From Candidatus Enterousia sp. (GTDB taxonomy: Bacteria > Pseudomonadota > Alphaproteobacteria > Rs-D84), in contig JAZLBQ010000024.1 of the NCBI GenBank assembly GCA_045613785.1, positions 1-64,000 on the forward strand: a DNA stretch of 64,000 nucleotides, read 5' to 3'. Position numbers and translations under genes: made by a program. The notes under the pieces were generated by a model. It saw only the letters and a list, made by a program, of their open reading frames with translations. It ran no database searches and had not been told where the DNA came from. Positions 29,458-38,164 of the stretch are shown piece after piece (within the stretch, counting starts at the first letter, position 1; each line of letters begins with the position of its first letter).

Positions 29458-30741
29458 TTATTCGTTATTATTTTTTTCACTGTTGATTTTCTGACGTAGA
29501 TTATCCCAATAATCTAGTCGTTTTTTAATTTCACGCTCAAAACCACGTTCAACGGGTTGATAGAATTTTTGACGTCCCATCGATTCGGGAAAACAGTTCT
29601 GACCAGAGAAACCATTTGCGGTGTCTGGGTCGTAAATATAGCCGTCGTTATACCCCAGATTCTTCATCATTTTTGTTGGGGCATTTAAAATATTTTTTGG
29701 AGGCATTAAACTGTCTGTGGCACGGGCGGCTGCGTATGCAGCCTTTTGTGCACGATAATTTCCAATGCTTTTTGGGGCTGTGCCAAGATATATTACCAGT
29801 TGTGTCAGAGCAAGGTCGCCTTCGGGACTGCCCAGGCGTTCGTATGCCTGCCACGCCGCAATCGCAATTTGTAATGCGTTCGGATCAGCCAGACCAACGT
29901 CTTCGACAGCGAAGCGGGTCAAGCGACGAAATATATACATCGGATCTTGGCCAGATGTCATCATGCGTGCTGTCCAATATAGGGCTGCGTCTGTGTCGCT
30001 GGCACGCAGTGATTTATGGACAGCGGAAATTAAATTGTAATGTTCATCGCCGTGCTTGTCAGACAGTGGGGCACGCTTTTGCACAACGCCCGCTAATGTT
30101 TCTGGGGTAAGTGGCTCGTTGAAATTTGCGTTTAGCAAATATTCAACTGTGTTTAATAAAAATCGTGCGTCGCCGTCAGCCATCTGAGCCAGGTGAATTC
30201 GGGCGGAATCGTCTAAGGGTAATTTTTTAGATGAAAATTCTTCGGCACGTTCCATCAGTATCATTAGGTCTTGGCTGGATAAAGGTTGCAAAACACCAAC
30301 GTGGCAACGTGAAAGCAATGCGTTGTTTAAATTAAAACTGGGGTTTTCAGTTGTCGCACCAATAAAGGTGACTGTCCCATCTTCTAGATAGGGTAGTAAT
30401 GTATCTTGCTGGGTTTTATTAAATCTGTGGATTTCATCAATAAACAGCAATGTGTTGCGACCAATGTCGTGATTCATACGGGCGGCATCCATTGTCTTTT
30501 TTATGTCGGCTGTGCCAGAAAATACCGCTGACATCGGAACAAAGTCCATGTCAACAGAATTTGCCAGGGCACGTGCAATTGTTGTTTTCCCACATCCGGG
30601 GGGGCCCCATAAAATCAGATTTGATAACTTTTGATTGTCAACCATACGACGGACAAGTCCGTTTTCGCCCAATAGGTTTGTTTGCCCAACAACATCGTTT
30701 ATCGTGTTTGGACGCATTAAATCCGCAAGTGGTCGTGTCAT
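29458..30741 (-). CDS. rarA: Replication-associated recombination protein A (MgsA)
   Basis: PLADLMRP, WGPPGCGKTT, FIDEIHRF, GATTENPSF, SAVHKSLR, EDVGLADP. Confidence 0.96.
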   Translation of the reverse strand: MTRPLADLMRPNTINDVVGQTNLLGENGLVRRMVDNQKLSNLILWGPPGCGKTTIARALANSVDMDFVPMSAVFSGTADIKKTMDAARMNHDIGRNTLLFIDEIHRFNKTQQDTLLPYLEDGTVTFIGATTENPSFNLNNALLSRCHVGVLQPLSSQDLMILMERAEEFSSKKLPLDDSARIHLAQMADGDARFLLNTVEYLLNANFNEPLTPETLAGVVQKRAPLSDKHGDEHYNLISAVHKSLRASDTDAALYWTARMMTSGQDPMYIFRRLTRFAVEDVGLADPNALQIAIAAWQAYERLGSPEGDLALTQLVIYLGTAPKSIGNYRAQKAAYAAARATDSLMPPKNILNAPTKMMKNLGYNDGYIYDPDTANGFSGQNCFPESMGRQKFYQPVERGFEREIKKRLDYWDNLRQKINSEKNNNE

Positions 30742-30811
30742 TTTACTTGGCTTTTATTTAGTGTTTATTTGTGATATAATAATGTTATTAAATTGTAAAG
30801 GAAAGTGCAAG

Positions 30812-31168
30812 TTGGTAAGTAAAAATTCAGAATGGACATTAGCAGTTGCAAACTTGGCGGCGGCGGCAATCGCTGCTAATCCTACGTTGTCAATGGAAGA
30901 GGCAGTGCGACGTGCAAGGGAAATCTTGCGTGGGACATCTGTTACACAGCAACAAATCGAAGATTCTGTGCAACCCGATAAAATTCAATGCTTGGAAGAC
31001 GGAACGTGGCACGTGATGTTGCGACGCTATGTAAAACGTCGCTTTAACTTGACACCACAACAGTATCGTGAAAAGTGGGGATTGCCTGATGACTATCCGT
31101 TCGTAGCACCAGCATACGCACGAAAACGTTCAAAAATTGCAAAAAAATCAGGTCTTGGGAGAAAATAA
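30812..31168 (+). CDS. mucR: MucR/Ros-family transcriptional regulator
   Basis: 'CLEDG...MLRR...LTPQQYREKWGLPDDYPFVAPAY..KRS.IAK..GLG'; start uncertain (TTG 30812 behind 'aaggaaag', or ATG 30782). Confidence 0.9.
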   Translation: MVSKNSEWTLAVANLAAAAIAANPTLSMEEAVRRAREILRGTSVTQQQIEDSVQPDKIQCLEDGTWHVMLRRYVKRRFNLTPQQYREKWGLPDDYPFVAPAYARKRSKIAKKSGLGRK

Positions 31169-31169
31169 A

Positions 31170-33260
31170 ATGGCATACAGATATATCACAAAGGCAGAAA
31201 AATTAGGACGTGGAGCAAAGTCTTTGGCTGCATCGCTGGATAAAAGACGTGCAAAATTGGCAGGGGTAGAAGTGCCAGATACTGTGCAATGGGCAGAGGC
31301 ACTTGATTATAAAAATTTTGATTTTGACAAGTTTGTGACTTGGCTGGGCGAAGTCGGAAAAACAGGTGGTAAGCACACAGGTGTTGTGGCGTTGTGGCTG
31401 AGTAAATATTTGGTTTTGGTTGGAAATAAAATCTTTGTTGACAATCCTGTGTTGCGTCGTTTGGATAAATTGGCAAAAAATACCGCAAAGTCTTGGGAAG
31501 AGGCAAAGTATGAAGAAACAGGCAAGAAAAAACACAAACCTTCAAAGGTTGCAAAGTTTGTAAAAGAACAGCCATGGACAGTTGGCTATCTGGTTTATTA
31601 TGCAATGTTGGCTTCTATTGCAATGGGGTGGGGGGCACTTGATAATGATAAATCCCAGGAAAAAGAAGAAATAAAAAATGAGTCAAGAGAAGAAGTAAAC
31701 CCAGCAGTTGTTGTTGAGCCTATTGAGGAAACAAAACCAGAGGCTGTTGTTAAACCTATTGAGGAAGCAAAACCAGAAGTAACCCCAGAGCTTGTTGCAG
31801 AGTCTGTTCAAGAAATTGTTCAGACATCTGATATCAATACGATTGACCCAATGTCATCGGGATATGTGAAAAAGGCAATAAATGAATATTGGCCAGAAAT
31901 TGCAGTCGGATTGACAGAACTTGAAACATATCGGGCAAAGGCAAAACGTCATGGTTCGGAAGCACGCTCAACTAATGGGTTGGGGATTACTTATACATAT
32001 TATTATGACAGGGCAGGAAATTTATATCGCAAAGATAATCCAATAGATGCAAAAAAAGTAAAACAATTTGACACGGCTGGAAATTATGAACAGGCGAAAC
32101 GTCATATGATTTATGAAGTCTTGCCTGCACTCCAAAGAGCAACCGGGGGAAAGAAAAATATAGAAGCACAGCAGGCAATTGCTATTGTATGGGCGGGACA
32201 TCAAAGACCTGCAGATATGAATGAAATTGCAAGACGTATTTCAAATGCAACGACAGTGCAGCAGGTGGCAGATGCATTTGCATATTATCCAGGAGCTTTG
32301 AAATGGAGAGAGGGAACTTTGATACGTCGTTGGTGGTGTGCTGCATATGCAGTTGGTTTAATTGATATGAAGGATTTCCTTAGTTTAAGACCAGATGCTT
32401 TTTCATCGATAAATGTCAATAATGTTTACAGAGATGGGCATTTCTTGCTGGGGGAAGAAACGGTTAAATATGCACTGAACCGAGCAAAGGGAAGTAAACG
32501 GACGGTGTCGGGTTTTATGGATGATTTTGATGGCGGACGAAAAATGCTGGCAACTGTAAATGGAAGAGTCGCTGGAAAAAAATTGGTTTTGTTAAGAGGT
32601 GGTTCAAAGGACAAAATTTTTGAAAGTTCTATGGCAAAATTGAATAGTGCTACTGCTTTGTTTGCAAAGGCGGATTATAAGGGAGCTGTCAAGTTGTGTG
32701 AAGAAGCAATTAAATTGGATCCTGATAATATGGAAGCATATAGCAGTCTGGCATTGGCGTATAAAAAATTAGGAGATAAGGAAAAGTCAATCTCGTATTA
32801 TGAAAAGTGTCTTGCAACTGTTGTGGCTGGAAATAAGCGTATGAATGAAAATAAGTCTTTGCTGATGGATTATGATGTAAAGGCTGCGTCTTATTTTAAT
32901 GCAGGTATGGCACGTGAAGAAATGGCAAAACTGTATCTGAAAACAAAGGATAAGGAAAAAGCACAACAGAATTTCAGAAAAGCTTTGAAGAATTATCAGA
33001 CTTCACTGGAAAATGCAGAGGTTGATAATATGAGCGAAAGAAGAAAACAAGTATATAAAGAAGCTGTTGAAAGAGTAGAAAAACAATTGAAGGAACTTGA
33101 TGGACAGGATAAAGGTAAAAAACTGGCGTTGTCAATGGATGCAGGAATAAAGAAAATACGCCAAAGAAATGCACTGAATAGTTCAGCAAAAAAATCACGG
33201 GGAGATGCGTTGTTGTATGGAAACGCAAAAATTGTCGGTGACGGAAATGAACTGGCCTGA
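31170..33260 (+). CDS. Membrane protein with a lysozyme (GH24)-like middle domain and C-terminal TPRs
   Basis: TM at 'WTVGYLVYYAMLASIAMGWG'; 'LTELETYRAKA...STNGLGITY' and 'GTLIRR'; TPR 'AIKLDPDNMEAYSSLALAY'. Confidence 0.65.
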   Translation: MAYRYITKAEKLGRGAKSLAASLDKRRAKLAGVEVPDTVQWAEALDYKNFDFDKFVTWLGEVGKTGGKHTGVVALWLSKYLVLVGNKIFVDNPVLRRLDKLAKNTAKSWEEAKYEETGKKKHKPSKVAKFVKEQPWTVGYLVYYAMLASIAMGWGALDNDKSQEKEEIKNESREEVNPAVVVEPIEETKPEAVVKPIEEAKPEVTPELVAESVQEIVQTSDINTIDPMSSGYVKKAINEYWPEIAVGLTELETYRAKAKRHGSEARSTNGLGITYTYYYDRAGNLYRKDNPIDAKKVKQFDTAGNYEQAKRHMIYEVLPALQRATGGKKNIEAQQAIAIVWAGHQRPADMNEIARRISNATTVQQVADAFAYYPGALKWREGTLIRRWWCAAYAVGLIDMKDFLSLRPDAFSSINVNNVYRDGHFLLGEETVKYALNRAKGSKRTVSGFMDDFDGGRKMLATVNGRVAGKKLVLLRGGSKDKIFESSMAKLNSATALFAKADYKGAVKLCEEAIKLDPDNMEAYSSLALAYKKLGDKEKSISYYEKCLATVVAGNKRMNENKSLLMDYDVKAASYFNAGMAREEMAKLYLKTKDKEKAQQNFRKALKNYQTSLENAEVDNMSERRKQVYKEAVERVEKQLKELDGQDKGKKLALSMDAGIKKIRQRNALNSSAKKSRGDALLYGNAKIVGDGNELA
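31710..31777 (+). repeat. In-frame 36-nt tandem duplication
   Basis: gttgtt(g/a)a(g/a)cctattgaggaa(a/g)caaaaccaga x2, encoding VV(E/K)PIEE(T/A)KPE. Confidence 0.85.
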
Positions 33261-33269
33261 TGAAGCAAG

Positions 33270-35282
33270 GTGGCGGATATGAAAGTATTTGTTGATGTTC
33301 ACGATAAACGTTGGAATAAGTATAAAATTGACTTTGAAAAAATCGCTAATACGGCGGTTTCTGGCGTGCACAAGAATTCAGAGGTATCAATTGTTTTGGT
33401 CGATGATTCTGAAATTCATGAATTAAACAAGAATTATCGTGGTATGGATAAACCTACGAATGTTATCTCTTTTGAATTGGGTGATGATGTTTTGTTGGGG
33501 GATATTTATATATCTTTTGATACCGCACTGCGTGAGGCAAAAGATGAAAATATTAGCCTAGAAAATCATGTGGCTCATTTGGTTGTGCATGGGGTCTTGC
33601 ATTTGCTGGGATTTGACCACATAACTGATGATCAGGCAAATATAATGGAGATGAAGGAAATTCAAGTATTGAAAAAATTAGGAATAAAAAATCCGTATCA
33701 GGACGAAGAAGATTTTGTGTGCGATTGTGAAGAGTGTTGTCCAGGGGGACGTTTCTTGTCTTGGTTTCGGAAACTAACAGTTAAAGAAAATGGGGTGTTG
33801 CAATACGCTCTATACGCAGTGTTTGGTGGACTTGCTGCATTTGGGTTTGCTCCATTTTATCAGTGGTGGTGGACAATTGTTGGTGTGGCAGGTGCGTTTT
33901 GGTTGACTGTCAGAAATAAAAATATTGGTGGGTTCTGGCAATCGTTGATGCGGGTCGCACCCTTTGGTGCAATGTATTCAGTTGCTATGTTTTGGTGGGT
34001 TCTGAATTCTATTTATGTTGTTCCAGAATTGGCCGAGCAATTTGCAATTTGGACATTGCCTGGAATTGTTGGGTTGGCACTGGCTGGTGTCTTTATCTTT
34101 TCTTGGCCGTTTGTTGCAGTGGCACAGAAGAAATTTAGTGCAGGGGGGCGAGTGTTCTTGTTCGCCGCTGTTTGGACACTGGTTTTGTGGGGGCGTGAGT
34201 GGTTGTTTACAGGTTTCCCATGGAATCCAATTGCAAATATAACAATGCCATGGCCAATGTTTGCAAATGCAATGTCGTTGTTTGGAACTTTGGGGTTGAC
34301 CTTTGTTATTGTTGGGGCGATTGCAGTTCTGGTTGAACTTTTAAGAAACCCAAAAAGCAAAGTTTTATGGTGTGTTTTGTTTGTCTTTGCTTTGCTGTTC
34401 GGTGGTGGGCTGTTCGCTGGCTATAAAAATATGCAAGCAAGTGATGTGGGGGCAGAAAATCCTGCGGTTTTGTTTCGAATCGTTCAACCTGCACAATCGC
34501 AATCACAAAAGGCAACACATAATCGTCAAAGTGCGTTAGAGCAGGCTCAGTTTAATTTACAAAATCTGGCTAAACTAGCAATGCAACCTGGAAATCCAGA
34601 TGTTATTGTTTTTCCTGAAACAACGTATCCTTTTGTTGTTGTGGAAAATGATAATATTGAGTTAGCACGTGTTTTGCAACGGCCTGTTATTATCGGAGCG
34701 ACAAGTTTTGATGCAGGAAAAATATTTAATTCTATGTTACTGATAGAACAAAATGGAGAAATTCAAAAGATTTATAGTAAATCGCATTTAGTGCCATTTG
34801 GTGAATATAGCCCTTTGGGGATATTGCCAAGTCCTGCAAATTTAACACGTGGAAATGGCCCAGAAATTTTGTCTGTCGCAAATTTAAAATTCGCACCAGC
34901 AATTTGTTATGAGGTTATTTTTTCTGATTCGTTATTAAATAGCGATGCTGATGATGTTCAGGCAATTATAAATATAACTAATGATAATTGGTTTGGTAAG
35001 ACACCTGGAATATATCAGCACTTGGATATGGTGCGGCGTTATGCAATCGAATCGGGTATGCCAATTATTCGAGCAAACTATTCTGGAATCAGTGCATTTG
35101 TTGGGGCAGATGGAGTGGTCATATCTTCTTTGCCTGTTGGGGCGGTTGATGTCCTGGACGGATATGTGTGGGGTGGACATAAAACACCATATCGTATGAT
35201 TGGTTTGAATAAGATGATGATACTGATTTTATTGGTCGCAATGTTGGGAATTGCATGTTGTCAGAAATTTGAAAAAGACTAA
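33270..35282 (+). CDS. ybeY-lnt: Fusion: endoribonuclease YbeY and apolipoprotein N-acyltransferase Lnt
   Basis: YbeY: LN..YRG.DKPTNVISF, LGDIYIS, HLVVHGVLHLLGFDH. Lnt: TGFPWN, FPET, YSKSHLVPFGEY, ICYE, NITNDNWFG, RANYSGIS. Confidence 0.92.
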   Translation: MADMKVFVDVHDKRWNKYKIDFEKIANTAVSGVHKNSEVSIVLVDDSEIHELNKNYRGMDKPTNVISFELGDDVLLGDIYISFDTALREAKDENISLENHVAHLVVHGVLHLLGFDHITDDQANIMEMKEIQVLKKLGIKNPYQDEEDFVCDCEECCPGGRFLSWFRKLTVKENGVLQYALYAVFGGLAAFGFAPFYQWWWTIVGVAGAFWLTVRNKNIGGFWQSLMRVAPFGAMYSVAMFWWVLNSIYVVPELAEQFAIWTLPGIVGLALAGVFIFSWPFVAVAQKKFSAGGRVFLFAAVWTLVLWGREWLFTGFPWNPIANITMPWPMFANAMSLFGTLGLTFVIVGAIAVLVELLRNPKSKVLWCVLFVFALLFGGGLFAGYKNMQASDVGAENPAVLFRIVQPAQSQSQKATHNRQSALEQAQFNLQNLAKLAMQPGNPDVIVFPETTYPFVVVENDNIELARVLQRPVIIGATSFDAGKIFNSMLLIEQNGEIQKIYSKSHLVPFGEYSPLGILPSPANLTRGNGPEILSVANLKFAPAICYEVIFSDSLLNSDADDVQAIINITNDNWFGKTPGIYQHLDMVRRYAIESGMPIIRANYSGISAFVGADGVVISSLPVGAVDVLDGYVWGGHKTPYRMIGLNKMMILILLVAMLGIACCQKFEKD

Positions 35283-35283
35283 G

Positions 35284-35307
35284 AAAACCGCCGTATAGGC
35301 GGTTTTT
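35284..35307. terminator. Bidirectional terminator (identical copy at 56632)
   Basis: aaaaccgcc-gtata-ggcggttttt. Confidence 0.85.
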
Positions 35308-35524
35308 AATTTTGTGAAATTCGTAATATCATTTGATTTAGAACCCATACCCGAACTGCTGATGATAGGTTCGTGTTTGCAGAGCGGTTTTCGTCGATTT
35401 CATTTATAATCGTTGCGACTGGTTTGCCACTGCGAATTGCCAGGGCGTTTAATGCATCAATAAATTCGGGTTCAAGTGTGATACTGGTTTGGTGGCCAGC
35501 AAGTGATACAGATAACTTCTTCAT
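35306..35524 (-). CDS. Ribbon-helix-helix (RHH_4-like) protein
   Basis: SVSLAGHQTSITLEPEF...L...ID......NLSSAVRVWVL. Confidence 0.88.
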   Translation of the reverse strand: MKKLSVSLAGHQTSITLEPEFIDALNALAIRSGKPVATIINEIDENRSANTNLSSAVRVWVLNQMILRISQN

Positions 35525-35531
35525 TTTTTAT

Positions 35532-35966
35532 TTACATTTTTCCTGCAATTAAACAATCTGATAATGCTTTATACGGGTCATCATAGCGACGTAATGGGGA
35601 TAATGTCAAGTTGTCGAACATATAGCAAACCCCAAATGCATCAAATCCAAACCAGAATAAATCATTACGACCAAATATTGTTTTGCCCATCGTTTGCGGT
35701 ATGTTTGTTAGGTCTTGGTTAAATTCAAGAATTGTTGGTGCAGGGAAATGTAATCCTTGGGCGAATTCTGATGGTCCAAATATATAACCGTTGCCCAGAT
35801 TTATCCCACCGGTATGTGTGTAAAGCTCAATCATAAATGATGGCAACATTGCACGACGGTGTTGTTGCAATGATGTGTTTATCAGTGAAACCTGACTCAT
35901 TGGGGCAGGTGGTGTTAGAACTGCACCACGGGACTGGATAAATGATAAAAATTCAGAGCATGTCAT
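35532..35966 (-). CDS. SUKH/SMI1-KNR4-like (immunity-family) protein
   Basis: 'LPSFMIELY..TGG.....GYIFG', 'ILEFN', 'IFGRND' pattern. Confidence 0.6.
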   Translation of the reverse strand: MTCSEFLSFIQSRGAVLTPPAPMSQVSLINTSLQQHRRAMLPSFMIELYTHTGGINLGNGYIFGPSEFAQGLHFPAPTILEFNQDLTNIPQTMGKTIFGRNDLFWFGFDAFGVCYMFDNLTLSPLRRYDDPYKALSDCLIAGKM

Positions 35967-35980
35967 ACTTGTCCCTTTGG

Positions 35981-36481
35981 TTATTCACGGCCGCCTGCAA
36001 GTTGAGCACTCATTTGTGCAAGACGGTCTTCGGTTGCGTTGCCACCATCGCCACCACCAGCAGTGTGTGCAGGTAGGTATATCTTTTTCGCTGGGTTGGG
36101 TAACCATATCGTTTGAGCCCCAGTTTGTCCAATAATAAAACGATCAAGGTTATTGCTGTGCGGAAATGTCCAGCACATAAATAAATTGTCTAGTTCAAGT
36201 TTGCCGCCAAACGCCAGTGGAATTCGAAAACGAAAAGATATGTTCTGGGGAATGCTTTGCCCCATAATCAGACCCATAAATTCGTCCTGGGTTAGATTCA
36301 TAAATGCTAATGTTTCAACCGAATCGGTTAGCGTTGTTATGAATTCGTGGACAAGTTTTTTATACTGGTTAAACCAATCCGCAGGAATGTTTGATGGTGT
36401 GGGGTGTATCTCCATCAGGGGCATATCTGACATGCCCATATCTGATAATATCTTTTCTGCGGAGCCTTGTGTCAATTGCAT
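35981..36481 (-). CDS. Degenerate HNH toxin-like domain protein
   Basis: 'G.SIPQNISFRFRIPLAFGGKLELDNLFMC..FPH' follows the G..P.gy.vHH..PL..GGtN...NL.l....H pattern with HH lost. Confidence 0.55.
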   Translation of the reverse strand: MQLTQGSAEKILSDMGMSDMPLMEIHPTPSNIPADWFNQYKKLVHEFITTLTDSVETLAFMNLTQDEFMGLIMGQSIPQNISFRFRIPLAFGGKLELDNLFMCWTFPHSNNLDRFIIGQTGAQTIWLPNPAKKIYLPAHTAGGGDGGNATEDRLAQMSAQLAGGRE

Positions 36482-36494
36482 CTTTTATCCTGTG

Positions 36495-37448
36495 TTAAAT
36501 TTTCGAAATGTAATCAATTACTGTTGAAATATATGATGAGAACGCTTCGAAACTTTCGTCGTCTGTTATAGGTGGATTTTTATGGGATTCCATATAAGTC
36601 CTTAATTCAGACGGGGTCGCAAATGTCAATATGTTCGCAGCACCAGGTGCTGATGCGTCGGGGGCAGAAATAACAAAGCCGTGAATGTTGATGACAACAT
36701 CGTCCAATGTGTCGTTGAATATTTCTTGCATTGTATCAATGGCACTTTGAAGGGCGGTGGTTGGAACACCAACTGCACCAATCCACAAGGTTTCATTTGT
36801 GCCAATGGCAATCAGGTTTGTTTGAAGATTGCCGATTCGGGCATTTTCTTTTGTTGTATAGCCAGAGTTTTTAAATATTTCCGGAAGTTCTGGCCAGTTT
36901 TGTTGCGAAGGTTGTGGTATTGAATTTGTTGTCGTGGGGACTGTAAAACTTTGTGTTTGTGAAGCACTGGGTAATGATGGAGTAATGCTGATGTTCAAGC
37001 GTGGTGGACGTGATAGACCTATTTCAGAAGTTTGAGGTGCTGTTGTTACAGGGGCGGTCGTCGCAGTCGGTGTTTGTTGAACAACAGGTTGTGGTGCAGG
37101 TGTTGCAGGTGTCGTTGCGTTTTGTGGCACTGCAGTTGTAGGCACTGGGGCAGGCGTTTGTTTTACAATGGCTTGTGATGATTTTTCAGGTTGGGTAATT
37201 TTTATTTTCTTGCGTGGTCGCAATAAGAAATGTAATCCCAGAACCATTATTATCACGGTTAGAACCGTTGAAATATAAAAATCGGGCTTTACCGGTTGTT
37301 GCGAGGCCTGCATATAAGCCAAATGCTGCCAGTGGGCAGATGAAAATATGTTAAAGCCGAATTTTATGTTAAACCAAAATGATGCACCAAGTATCGATAT
37401 GCTTAGCCATAAAAGTGATAGTAAAATGTTGTCTAGTTTATTTCTCAT
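36495..37448 (-). CDS. Two-TM protein with Pro/Thr-rich linker and C-terminal restriction-endonuclease-like fold (inactive-looking)
   Basis: Two TMs; P/T/Q linker; 'EIFKNSGY......IG...TNLIAIG....LWIG'. Confidence 0.55.
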   Translation of the reverse strand: MRNKLDNILLSLLWLSISILGASFWFNIKFGFNIFSSAHWQHLAYMQASQQPVKPDFYISTVLTVIIMVLGLHFLLRPRKKIKITQPEKSSQAIVKQTPAPVPTTAVPQNATTPATPAPQPVVQQTPTATTAPVTTAPQTSEIGLSRPPRLNISITPSLPSASQTQSFTVPTTTNSIPQPSQQNWPELPEIFKNSGYTTKENARIGNLQTNLIAIGTNETLWIGAVGVPTTALQSAIDTMQEIFNDTLDDVVINIHGFVISAPDASAPGAANILTFATPSELRTYMESHKNPPITDDESFEAFSSYISTVIDYISKI

Positions 37449-37492
37449 TATGTTTTTAATTGTAGCATATTTGTGATAAAGTAAAAAGCATT

Positions 37493-38164
37493 ATGATTGA
37501 TAAAAAATATTTAAATAATTTTTCTGAATTTGCTGCACTGTGGTGTCGGTCTGATATGGAAAATGCAGAATTGGCATTGGTGGCTGATCAAATTAGTGCA
37601 AATAATGTTCCGCTGGTGTCTTTGCTGCCAGAGCAGGTCGGCGTAATTTGGCCGTGGTTAGAGAATATGGATGTTAAAATTATGCCCAGATTCTTTATCC
37701 AGGATAAAAAAATTACAGAAAAAAATATTTCTGAATTGACTATTCAAATCAATAATGTCTTGAAACGGGGGGCAAGCGGTGCACAGGTGTTCTTGCCGTA
37801 TAAATTGTTGGCGGACTTGGTCGAGCAGACATATGTTGTCCGTGATGATTTGTTCTTTGACAAGGACTTGGCAATAGGAATAAATCTGTATGATGTTGCA
37901 CCACTGGATTGGTCGGAATTATATCAACAACTGCGAAAAATAAATGCTTCGTCTTTGATTCTGGTGCTGGGGGCAAAGGATGCACAAAAAAATGACTTTG
38001 TTGGCAGGATTTTCGCAATGCTGGATTTATGGGAACAGGATAATAAATTCGATTTGCAATTTGTGTTTGGTGGTAATTTATACTGTATGGAATCAACATT
38101 GCGATTGGTGCAAAAAATGCGACCAGATTTAATCGGTAGAATACGTTTCTTTGTAAACGCCTAG
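37493..38164 (+). CDS. Hypothetical protein, possibly a degenerate DeoC/aldolase-like TIM barrel
   Basis: 'VSLLPEQV....WLENMDVKI' and 'KRGASGAQVFL' recall DeoC; no Schiff-base Lys motif. Confidence 0.55.
   Translation: MIDKKYLNNFSEFAALWCRSDMENAELALVADQISANNVPLVSLLPEQVGVIWPWLENMDVKIMPRFFIQDKKITEKNISELTIQINNVLKRGASGAQVFLPYKLLADLVEQTYVVRDDLFFDKDLAIGINLYDVAPLDWSELYQQLRKINASSLILVLGAKDAQKNDFVGRIFAMLDLWEQDNKFDLQFVFGGNLYCMESTLRLVQKMRPDLIGRIRFFVNA

Noticed and set aside
30635-30811. Long N-terminal extension of MucR
   Set aside because: It overlaps the rarA start on the opposite strand and the shared promoter region, and has no MucR similarity.
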